Shown piece after piece: positions 52,711 to 64,000 of a DNA stretch of 64,000 nucleotides. The notes under the pieces are model-generated. The model saw nothing but the letters and a program-made list of their open reading frames with translations, made no database searches and was not told the DNA's origin. Numbering within the stretch: the stretch's first letter is position 1; each line of letters starts with the position of its first letter. The position numbers and the translations under genes are program-made. Source of the DNA: Octopus sinensis (lineage: Eukaryota); contig NC_043008.1 of assembly GCF_006345805.1 (NCBI RefSeq), positions 65,100,001 to 65,164,000 on the forward strand, in the 5' to 3' direction.

Positions 52711-54000
52711 GATCACTGTTTAAGGTATGCCCACAGATTTCCTATAGAAATTATAGCCAGCACTGATTTGTTACAACCTCGTATCTGCATGTCAAAAGAA
52801 AATAATGTAATTGTAGATGGACGAAATAGGTAACGGGTATATATGCTTATTTCAGGAATTCTTGCTCCTTCATCAGCACCATATCTATACCATTAACTAT
52901 CCACGAACTCACTGCTTAAATAAGAAGTAAATATAGAATTGTAAAAATGCATATCCAAGTTTCACTTATAAAAACTTTCTTAGCTGCTGGTACGTATATA
53001 TTAATTACTTGATAGAACGCCATATTTCTATTATAATGTATCAGTAGCAATAATTTTCAGATCACAATATACAATGGCTTTTGGATGAAACTGAGGTTGG
53101 ACAAGGGTAACGATAAAGTAAATTCACAGTACTACACACGATAAACCTCTTGAAAACCAACTTCGGTAGAATACACTAGATGACCACTCAAAGTGCTTGA
53201 AAATGAAGCCGAATTGCTTCATAGAATGAAAATAAACATCGAACGGTTATCAATGTGCAAAAAGATGATATGGTCGTACTTGGAAGAATTTGACTATAAA
53301 CCTATATAATTTAGGATGACCTAACGCTAAAACGATAACCTATAGAACAATATTGCCACTTTTTCAACTTTTCGGAAATATCTTAACTTGTATTCTACTT
53401 TCCACTATCTATCAAGTGCATAGTAGTCATGAGAAATTGTTGACAACTTTCAATTGCAAGCTTTCAGGCTAAGGATCTACAAAACACCATTGTCTTACGG
53501 TTAAAATTTGGTTACAACTGTTTGAACTAGAGGAGCAGGAAATTAATTGCGTTCCTAACGAAACGAGCTACTTGTGGTTGCATAAACGACCAATCAACAT
53601 ATCTTCCGATTTTCAATCAAAAAGAATAACTAACAATACATTATGCGCCTTCACGAAAGCCCATATAAGCATGTAGATCCTATGTGTTATCTGTTTTTCA
53701 AAACACGATCTCATCATTATTTCTAAACGATATTTACTATCCAAACTACACCTCTACTTGATATATCTAGTTTAATTGATCATTGAGCGAGAAGAACCAA
53801 ATACAATTGTTGTAACTTCCTTGCCGATACACAGTAAGTAACTACATTTCCTAACATCATCAACAACAATAAGAACAATAGTGCTCGTTAAGCAATTTAG
53901 GAAAGGAAAGAGAAGTGTTCAACATTGTCAAATGGTCTTTCTTTTCCGAGGTAACGAAGCTGGTTCTGCTAGTAGCACACACGACGTAGACATGTATGTA

Positions 54001-54032
<32 letters not shown>

Positions 54033-55027
54033 GGTGCATGTGTATGTGTGTGTATGTGTGTGTGTGTATTCAAACTGCAATTTAATGTTAATTGACACTG
54101 TCCACACTAAAACTAGTCCCAAACTCATTTACAGTCCTACCATCCACTCTAACATCTTGAAATAAATGCCAAGCGAATACTCAACAGCGGATGCTTTAAA
54201 AACCCAATGAGGCATTGGTTATGAATGTGTACTTTTGTATAAATTGAAACGTTGAGATCCAAAGCTAGCCGCCATTTCCTCCACTCACTTCTCTTTTACT
54301 TACTTTAACACTCGCTCCGTCTCTCCCCCTCTTTATCTCTCTTTCTCTCTTTCCCTCTCTATTTCGGAGAGCATGCTACACTGTTTTACATTCACAAGTT
54401 GGATAGAATGTTTAACTCTTTCTAATGATTATGTGCTATCTTCACAAACATCTCAAAGGCAGTGGAAAAGTTGTCAAGTATATCATATTTTATCATCATA
54501 TCAATCTCTACTTAATGAAAAGTACTCTGTTTCTGTGGGGCCAAATCAAACTCTCCTGTATCACAAATTTCAACGAGAATGAAATGCGAGCTTCATTGGT
54601 GAACGACGTCTGATATAAACCATTATAAACAATACACGGGACAATAAATAAAGTTATCACATTCAAAAATGAGCATCAAAATGAAACGTCCAGTAAGAGA
54701 AATTCGAAGGTGTGCACCATTGTAATAAACGGGTTATTTTCCTCTCTCTGTGCATGTGTGGATATAGATAGAAATATATAGATATTTTTGTACGCACAAG
54801 GTACACACGAATTCTATGAATTCTAAAATATTCATAGTGCTTTTTCTTCACTTATTGGAGTATGTGTATATATATATATATATAATTTTATATATATATA
54901 TATATGTATATATCCGAATGATATGATCTGAATGATATGATATATATGTAAAAAATGTAATATATAAATAAATATCTATAAATATGAACAATCCGATCTG
55001 ATTACCTCATTTTTTCTAATATATATG

Positions 55028-55072
<45 letters not shown>

Positions 55073-58000
55073 ATGTACACATATGCATATATATATATAC
55101 ATGTATATATATAAATATATAATATACATACAAACATATAAACCTATATATACGAACACAAATATATATACACAGTTCTAAATATATGATTGCGTTTAAT
55201 TTATGTCTATCACTGGCACTTTTTTCTTAATTTTAAAGAAAATACAAAACTAATGAATGACATCTGTTTCTAAAGGCATTTCTTGTCAATTCTGACACCA
55301 AATGATGATAACCTCTCTCCTAACTGTATTGCTTTAAATGGAAAGAGAGAAGACTGTGTTTGTTTGAATGATGCTGCAGGCGAAAACATTATATTTTGTC
55401 TGCAACAAACGAGATATGATATTAAGATTCAAATTGAAATTTTTGCAGCGAGAGACGTAAAAGTCGCTTGCTTCCAGTCAAATGATTAATTACATGCTGA
55501 CTTACCTGCCAAACTATTCACTAGTTATTGCAGTTGACTGCTGAATTTACAACAGCCATAATTCTGTTTTTGGCAGCAGCATTTGTCCAAATATTCCAGA
55601 CTGAAACACTAACAATTTAAGAGACGCCTGCTTGTCAAATAATAAAGCGATATTTTCTTAGATAATGAAAAGATTAACACTAAATAGCTTTTATTGAAAC
55701 CAATATTTTCTATTAAGGCAATGATTTTAATGTATATTTTAGAAATAACTTTAGCATTTTAAGCAGAAAGATATGCCAACACGTTCTGAACCATCCTTTT
55801 CTTCATTCAGTAGAGTTAGTAGGTGGGAGATTAAAGTTGAAACTTGCTTTAGTTATATGAATATATAAAACTTTGAGAGAACGAGAAATATCCTTTTTTC
55901 CTTTTCTCTTTTTTTTTTTTGGTCTGGTGGATCTCAAAGCGCATAAAGCTATCAACATAACTGCAACAGTCATTTTTGCTTTACGACTTTTGCATGACTC
56001 TGGTAGAGGCAATAGAAAGGCTGGGCAGTGTGTTCGTGCCAACATGGCTGAGCATATACATATATTGATTAGAAAATCTTTTGGATAGGAAAAGTAGAAG
56101 GATGTCCCAACTTTTCTACCCAAAGTTATTTTCCTTCACATATGTACACGCTGCTATATATAGTTTTATGTGCTTCGAGATCCACTTTTTCATTTGCTTT
56201 TACTACTGGCCAAAAAAATAAACAATTGTGGGAACAGTCAGAGGCTTATAGATATGTAAATCTGTAAGTAATTTCTTAATTTGGTTCATATAGTCAACAC
56301 ATATGTGAGATACAACACTATTTATTATGATTTTCTTTTAATTTATATTGTGCTACATTAAGCTGTCACTTAAAGGAAACAGAAAAAATATTTGTTGTGA
56401 TATTATTAAGTTTTTTGTCTGAAATAAGTACAAAGTTATTGAAGAGCATGCATTAATTATTAAGTATGTCGAAATTCACCTGAAATATGATTAAAATACT
56501 ATGATAAAATTGCGTTTCAAAACACAACACTTAGAGCGGTTATTATTTTCCGAAAGCCTAATACAAACAATTTTCTCCAATTCACAGTGAATGTGTGGTT
56601 TACTAGAACAATACTTGTGTTGTATAGTAGTTCATTTACAGCCATATATTTTCAGGCTGGATCCAGACAATTGCCTTTTATTATAACCCTTTGGTTAGAT
56701 CAATACATAAGGATTTGCAAAAGCGCATTGGTTTATGGCAGAGAGAAAATAGAAGACCAAAGCTGTAAGGAAGCTAATCCTCTGTGTGTATATTTGTGTT
56801 TCTGTGTGTGAGTGTGTATGAGAGAAAGAGAGAGTGGCTGTACATTTGTGACTGCCCGCATGTGTCTGCTTATGTCTCTTATTCGTGTTTTTTTTTGTTC
56901 CCAGTTCAACAAACATTATAAACATTAAATACCAGACTAAAATCATATAAAGACCGGCTATAATTTTAATAGTCAGAGCCGTGATATGGCCGCAGTCAAC
57001 TGACTAAAACTGGTAAAAGTACATGTGTATACGGGTTGTAGAAGAAAATCCTTCAAAGACCTGTTTCGTAAGGATGGAGGATAATGCTCTGCCATCATTT
57101 CAAAAAATCATTTTTGGCACGTAATATGAATCGAATAATAATAAAATTTTAACAGAACTTATTCAGATTAACCAAGCAGAAAGTGTGCGTGTTCTATATT
57201 TGGTGTGTGTTTTCATCAATCGCGAGATCTGGACTAGCAACGTCTGTAGATTATTCATTTAAGCGTTAACTACAAGATCAGTGAACACCGTGTTTGATTT
57301 TATAGCTAGGTGGTACTAGAACTAAGAAACGATTTTGAATAGGCTGAAAATTTTAATGGGCAACACTGTCATAATTTTTTACTGGCTGAGTATAAGCGAC
57401 ACTGAAGTTTAGGATAGACGTTGAAATGAACAAATTGATAGGAAATTATAAAAACGATTAAAAGGCTTATCGTATAATTTTAACAGGGAATTGCATGCTG
57501 CACTGAAAGGTGAGGATGAAGTCCATTGTCAAAATGGGGGAAGTTAGGTGTTAATAGCCAAACTGTGAAACTTTAACAAATTGGCTAGACCATAGCAAAC
57601 CTTTATAAGTAGAAATAATTGTACACTCAGTTTTTGTTACGGTTAAAGTTGTTTCTGCGAGACAAGGTTGTTCAATTGGATTCTGGAAGTTATGATTGCC
57701 TGTTTAGTTTATGCACTTTGTGCTTTGTGTTAGGCATTTATGGATTTATTTTATGCTCCAGAAATTCGCAAGAACTTTTGCTTGTCAGATTTAAATAATT
57801 TCTGTGTCACATCTGGATGAGTACAAAAATCTAAGTTATGTTATTGTAATATTTATGGGCATTTTTTAACCCTGCATCTGTGGCAGGTTGTGTAGTAATT
57901 TTGCTAGTTATTTTCTGTTAAGATAAATGTTGAAAAATTTGTATAAATAGCTAGAAGGTGTATGAATTTAATTTTTCATGTTGCCAATTTTCGTATTAGA

Positions 58001-58157
58001 GAACTAAACTGTAAATTTTGTCTAATGGTTACTCAGCATGCTCGTATGAAGCAGTTTTTTGTGAATTTAAAGCAAACTAGATTTTTTTACTATTTATTTT
58101 TCAACTATAATTTTTGATGTAGTCTGGCAGCCGTTTTATGTCATGAGTTTTTAGTTT

Positions 58158-58420
58158 AAATGGTTGTTTTGACATTAGATTTATTTGACATTAGATGTTT
58201 AGGTCAAATGGTTGTTTTTACATTAGATTTATTAGACATTACATGTTTAGGTCAAAAGTTCGGAAACCAAATTTCGGAATCCAAATTTATGAAACCAAAT
58301 TTCGAAATCCAAATTTATGGAACAATATTTTTGAAAACAAATTTATGTTAGCAAATTTACGAATTGAAATTTATGAAATCAAGTTTATGAAACCAAATTT
58401 CTGAATCTAAATTTCTAAAC
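58158..58420. repeat. 48-bp duplication followed by a 14-bp minisatellite (about 12 copies)
   Basis: Units 58158-58205 and 58206-58253, then ATTT(C/A)(G/T)GAAA(C/T)CAA-like 14-mers to about 58420. Confidence 0.9.
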
Positions 58421-59329
58421 TGTATATATTTTATTTTTGTTAATAATATTTTAAAAGAACTTCATGATGTGTTGTTGTTTTGCGTACACCCTATCATTGT
58501 TGGTTGTGAAAATTCGGGTTATGGTCACCAGGTCGTAACAAAATAAAGAAAGATCTAAATAAATACTTCTTTTCTTAGAGATTCGTCTTATAATTTAAGC
58601 AATCCCTCCAAACATTTGTGCATTGTAGGGTCATCATTAAAGTCACAAATTATATGTGGTGCAAATTCGACAAATTACTGCGGCAAACCACGTACTAAAT
58701 TATACCTACATCAATTGTTAAAATCATCAATGTCTGCTTATCACACTAATGAACAATTCAAGTATGATATAACGATTGGGAAATACTTATACTTTATTAG
58801 TTACTGGTATTTGCGATTTGCCTTTTATAAACTTTTACTCAAGCATTTTGCTCTGAAGCCATCATTGATATCTGGAATTCATTGATGGTAAATAATTTTA
58901 TAAGGAGCTTTTGACGTGCCCTCTTGAAATCAGTACTATTTCATGAATCCATTGCTTCAGCACTCAGTATGTACCTTCAGAAAAGAAATGACAGTTCGTA
59001 TACCGCACGTGACGACACAATCTGAATAACGCGTACACAAAACATACCCCACGCCAAAACAAGATTGTATTGCAGCTCTCTTGCAATGATGACATCATCA
59101 GAAATCTATGCTTGCGTTTCGAAGGGCATTTTTAGAGTTAGTTAAGCACGAATCAGTGAAACCTAAAAATGGAATAAAGTGAAAGGCATAAATACGGGTT
59201 GAATAACAAAATCATTTAGCCACATTATTGTTTGTGAATCTCGGTGAAGTTAAATTATGTAGACTTCTATTGCAGAGAAGGTTCCTGTGTGAAGTGAGAA
59301 ACTAAATTCAGCGAAAGGCATAACACCAC

Positions 59330-60120
59330 AAACTGATATAGAAACTTTGAGGCAAATAAGCCTACTCTGAGTCAAGTCGGAAATAGTGGCTGAAGAATTT
59401 TATCTGCTAATTCAATTAGTATATGTTGTTGATGATCTTTTTTATCTACAGAAGATTAATGCCATGTCAGATTAGGTAACGGACATGCGCCCTTGCAGAA
59501 CGTTGCAATTACGACTGTGTGTTGTTTGCTCGGGACTTTCCGGAGAAAATTTCCCAACATGTTCCCACATCTGCAAGGTACATCTTTATCCGCAGTGACC
59601 ATGTAACAAATGGACATTACTCCAGCCGTATCATCAGAGAAGAGATCACGATACGGACAATCGAGCAACATGAACAAACCGTCTGGATTGATACTCCTGA
59701 ATCATGCAGGTAACAGGATGCTTCTGATATTGTCGTTCGTCGGATACATGATCCTGTAAAGATATCAAAGAAGATCACGCGGCCCCTAGAGACCTCAGTA
59801 CTGAAATTCTGCATCAATACAGAATCAATCCAGCAAGACAGCGAGGACCAGAGACCTGAAGACCCGAACCTGACCCTCCTGCCCAGATATCGCAAGCGCC
59901 AAAACACACTTTTCCACTGATTTCACAACTTTAACAGAGAAAAAGTCAGACGTTTAGCCCCTAATTTGAAGTGCATTCACTGCTCCAGTATACAGAATCC
60001 TTCAGATTACATACTTGTCCATTACTTCAAAAGCCTTTCAACGTGAGCTGCGATCGGCCTCTGCCAAAATCTCTGCCTGCGTTCGATGAGTACAGGGAAA
60101 AGTCAACTACTGACAGAAGA
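59330..60120 (+). pseudogene. Disrupted coding-like segment, possibly an L1/Tx1-type LINE ORF1 relic
   Basis: GC/CpG-rich relative to its flanks. One frame runs about 170 codons from 59519 with only two internal stops, and there is a possible frameshifted C-x2-C-x4-H-like remnant near 59720-59760. Confidence 0.3.
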
Positions 60121-60139
60121 TTAAGGAGGCTAACTAATA

Positions 60140-60350
60140 ATATATAGGTACAAGGCCAAAATTTATTAGGGAGCGCAACTTTGGATGAGAGCAACCGAAG
60201 TACTTAACTAGGAATTTATTTCATCGTTCAGGAAAGGATGAAGGGCTAAGATGACCGCAGCAGGATTTGAACTCGGAATTTTAAAGACCGTAGTTTTACA
60301 TCTCAAAGCTTTTACCTATTCTCAAACGATTCTGCCAATCTGCTGCCTAA
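60140..60350 (-). mobile_element. Diverged Nin/Deu-domain SINE
   Basis: GAAAGGATGAAGGGC...GGATTTGAACTCGG...TTCTGCCAATCTGCTGCC parallels the 52600-52710 segment. Confidence 0.6.
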
Positions 60351-61615
60351 AATAATGATAGCCTAAAAGGAAATACAGATATGGCATGGAATTGTACAAA
60401 CCAAAATCCATACCAACCAGTGAGCCTCAATGCACGATATAGCAGCCAATTTCCCCCACCAAAAAAAAAACCTCTTATATTACCAGCTTAACTTTTAATC
60501 GATAATGTAATTCTATTTGGGATACTTATAGCAAAGAACATTTGATCAATCATAAGTTTACACGAAAGAGATTTATTTTTGGCTACATGACAACAGGAAC
60601 AACAACAAAAAAAAAGGAAAATATTATTTTAAATGCTTAACCAGTAAGATATTTTTCGGGTATATATTTTTGCATTGCTGATTTAAAATAAAAAAGAAAG
60701 CAGGATATCGACTTTTAAACTGAGATTAAATAAGCTTACCAATCCGGGCATTTAATTGTTCGTCAATGAAAGAAATAACAGATGCACTTCAATGTCAATA
60801 GCTAAGACCGATAGCATTTTGATAGTTTCTATTTTTAAGGCAATTACGTTAACATTGAAATTGCAGATATAGAACATTCACGTACTTGCTAATTTAACCC
60901 AAAGTATGTGAGCGACTAACAGTATGCCCTCGTCGCCTTCTCTCCTTTTCTCTCTCTACCTCTCTCTCTCTCTGTTTTTCTTCCTCTCTCTCTTTCTCTG
61001 TATATATATATATATATATATATTTGTGTGTGTATATATATTTATTTATTTATATACACATCCGTGCATGTCTGTCTAACTACGTCTGTGTCCGTCTCCC
61101 TCACTTTCTCTCTCGCTCCCTCTTTATTTCTATATATCTGTATAAACACACACAAGCACAGACACACACATAAACACACACACATTTTTAAAAGGAAGAT
61201 AGCTACATATATAGATAGACGGAGAGAGTGATAGATAGATAGATAGATTGATAGATACATGACAGACAGATACACTTGTATATATAATTGTGAGCAAACG
61301 TGTATTATTCTATTTTGGTGTGTGTGTGTGTGTGCGTGTGTGTGTGTGCGTTCGTATGTAACCGTTACACAACTTACTTAAACACACGATATGTATATGG
61401 CATGCCTTAGGGGCGGTTACTATTTTCGTATCGCAAAGTAAAGGAACTCCCCTAAATTAAGGGTTTATTCATATTTAGTTGATAACTAAGAATATCCCGC
61501 TGGCAGTTCAAAATCACTGTTAATTCCTTTTACCATATATCTGCAGGGAAATTCTGTTTTTGCTCATATTATAAAATGTGTAAAAAGTGTGTAAAATGAA
61601 AAGTAACCTCTAATG

Positions 61616-61966
61616 AGGTGTAGATATGACTGTGTGATAAGAAGCTTGCTTCCCAACCATTTGATGTAGGGTTCGGTCTTACTGCAGGTACCTTGGGGAA
61701 GTTTCTTGTAATATATAATTTCGGACGGGCCTAAGCCTTGTAAGTGAATTTTGTTGACGGAATTTGAGAGAAGCTTGTGATGTGTGTGTGTGTGTGTGTG
61801 TGTGTGTATTCTTGTGTGTTTACGTCTCCGCCAGCTAGCGGTTCGACAAAACAACGGATAGAATAGTCTCAGGCTTCAAAGTAAGTACTGGAGGCGATTC
61901 GTTTGACTAATAAATTCATCAATACAGTGTTCCAGCACCACCCTTGTCTAATGACTGAAACAAACG
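61616..61966 (+). mobile_element. Diverged CORE-type SINE
   Basis: Collinear with 25432-25832 (AGCTTGCTTCCCAACCA, ACCTTGGGGAAGT, (TG)n, AGCGGTTCG, TGACTGAAACAA). Confidence 0.8.
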
Positions 61967-62205
61967 TATTTTAGTGAGCATCCTATTGATTATATGCATA
62001 CGAGTATAATTGCATTTTCGCTATTGGTAGAATATTTCTCGTTGATGCAGTTTAGTTAGCACACGATGAAATACAAAATTTGAATTGATTAAAGGTACTC
62101 TGAGTGTTATCGATTAAATATCGCTGAGATGCATTGATATTAATTTCAAATTCAGGCACAAGGCCAGCAGTTTCAGGAGCTGCGATGAGTCGATTATTGA
62201 CCCCG

Positions 62206-62611
62206 AAGGCGGCGAGATGGCAGAAACGTTAGCACGCCGGGCGAAATGCGTAGCCGTATTTCGTCTGCGGTTACGTTCTGAGTTCAAATTCCGTTGAGGT
62301 CGACTCTGCCTTTCATCCTTTCGCGTTCGATTCAATAACTACCAGTTACGCAGTGGGGTCGATGTAATCGACTTAATTCGTTCGTCTGTCCTTGTTTGTC
62401 CTCTCTGTGTTTAGCCCCTTGTGGGTAGTAAAGAAATAGGTATTTCGTCTGTCTTTACGTTGTGAGTTCAAATTCCACCGAGGTCGAATGTGCCTTTCAT
62501 CCTGTCGGAGTCGAAAAATTAAGTGCTAGAATGCACCCTGAGGTCGATCTAATCGACTTCCCCTCTCCCCCAAAATTGCAGGCCTTTTGTCTAGAGTAGA
62601 AAAGAATATTA
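62206..62611 (+). mobile_element. Dimeric Nin/Deu-domain SINE
   Basis: A head plus two body units, the second with a different tail (CCCTCTCCCCCAAAATTGCAGGCC...). Confidence 0.88.
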
Positions 62612-62913
62612 TTGACACCGAAACGATGAAATGTAAAGTCGACCTCGGCGGAATTTGAACTCAGAACGTAAAGACGGACGAAATGCCACCGTGTGCATCG
62701 ATATTCTTCTCTACTCTTGGCGCAAGGCCCGAAATTTTTGGAAAGGAGACAAGTCGATTAGATCAGCTCCAATATGCAACTGGTAGTTAATTTATCGATC
62801 GCGAAAGGCATAGTCGAGCTCGGCAGAATTTGTACTCAGAACATAACGAAAGACGAAATACCGCTAACGCTTTTTCCACTAGTGTGCTAACGTTTCTGCC
62901 AGCTCGCCACCTT
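62612..62913 (-). mobile_element. Nin/Deu-domain SINE in inverted orientation, tail-to-tail with the previous copy
   Basis: Head GCTAACGTTTCTGCCAGCTCGCC at 62886-62908 and two GAATTTG(A/T)ACTCAGAAC blocks (about 62650 and 62826). Confidence 0.85.
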
Positions 62914-63829
62914 GCTGTTTGTATTAATATTAATATTTTTACGTACACTCAAATGTGGAAAGATATCTGCTGTAGTATCTTACTCGGAAGAGAAATTATT
63001 ATGATAGGCAATGTTTGTGCAAAGACACCGAGTTGCTGTATTGCAGCTGGTGTACAGTCTGTAGGTCACATCTGCCGTCGTTGTAACGCTTTATCAGCTA
63101 CAGCTAACAAACCTATCGTTCACAGTCGGCTAACAGACTTTCTCTCACATGCAAACCGTAAATATCAACGTTGCTGCGTCTATAATGTTTTGCCGAGCAG
63201 AGATTAGCTAAAAACACACAAACCAGAGTGTAGGGAGTAAACATTTAATAGACCGGAAGAATGTAACAGAAAAACAATGATGTGTTTTCGTAAAAATAAT
63301 CATGAATCTTAAAACTGTGACACAAATTTCCACAACCATTCCTATATGCAATACAGGGATGACACACATGAAGAGAGAAAGGAGAGAGAGAGAGAAAGAC
63401 ACACAGACAGAGAAAGATAAGGAGAAAGACAGAGGGGAAGAAGAGGGGGAAAGGGAACTCTATAAATACGCCACCGGGTGCTTCATAAAAGAGACAAGAC
63501 CCTCAAAACTGGAATGTCTTTTATCATAGATCTTGTACAGGTCTTCGTTCACGCTAACGAATAATTTTTTTTTCTGAGAGAGTTATAGTAAAAAAAACGA
63601 AAAAAAAAAAACAGTCAGCTACGGCAAGTGAAAGAGATTTCAAACGAAAACATCGGAAGATATAGTAATAGAAACAAGTTATAAGATTAAATTAAGTCAT
63701 TTTAATGTTTCTGAAGCATCTAACTACATCAACAGATATATTTAATTTCAAAGAAACAATTACTGAATAGGAGTTCAAAAAGATAATATATTAAATATAG
63801 AGGTATGCATCGCCGTGTGGTTAACAGTA

Positions 63830-64000
63830 TTTATGCATGTATGTATTTACGTATGTGTGTATGTATGCATGTATGTATGTATGTATATATGTATATATGT
63901 ATGTACGTATGTATATATGTATATATGTATGTATGTATGTGTGTATGTATGTGGGTATGTATGTGTATACGTATGTGTGTATGTATGTGTGTATGTATGT
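63830..64000. repeat. (ATGT)n-type compound microsatellite
   Basis: Direct reading. Confidence 0.95.

Noticed and set aside
63461-63468. TATA box (TATAAATA) downstream of GA-rich repeats
   Set aside because: The motif is common in AT-rich DNA and no downstream exon or ORF supports a plus-strand promoter within the window.

Overview
AT-rich, microsatellite-dense animal genomic DNA. The SINE and retroelement families resemble those of octopus/coleoid cephalopods; this is recognised from memory, not from a database search. No intact host protein-coding gene, tRNA, rRNA or CRISPR array can be supported, and most ORF-track entries are translated microsatellites or antisense frames of decayed transposons. 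The window is mainly layered, decayed mobile elements. These are: a near full-length CR1-group LINE (CCCH-finger ORF1, APE, RT core deleted); a Mag-like Ty3/gypsy element with both LTR ends, a tRNA-Ser PBS and a nested RTE fragment with a 12-bp TSD; a complete 360-bp non-autonomous Helitron; two maT/Tc1-type transposase relics; R4/Dong-like RLE retrotransposon fragments stacked in a (TTA)n tract; and many tRNA-derived SINEs, including a tandem array and a tail-to-tail inverted pair. The most unusual structures are a perfect loop-less 72-bp palindrome (49669-49740), the (TTA)n multi-insertion site (46556-48600), the inverted SINE pair (62206-62913) and a candidate 42-nt plus 5-nt micro-exon pair (27163-27293). 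I found no convincing evidence for a wholly new biological system.
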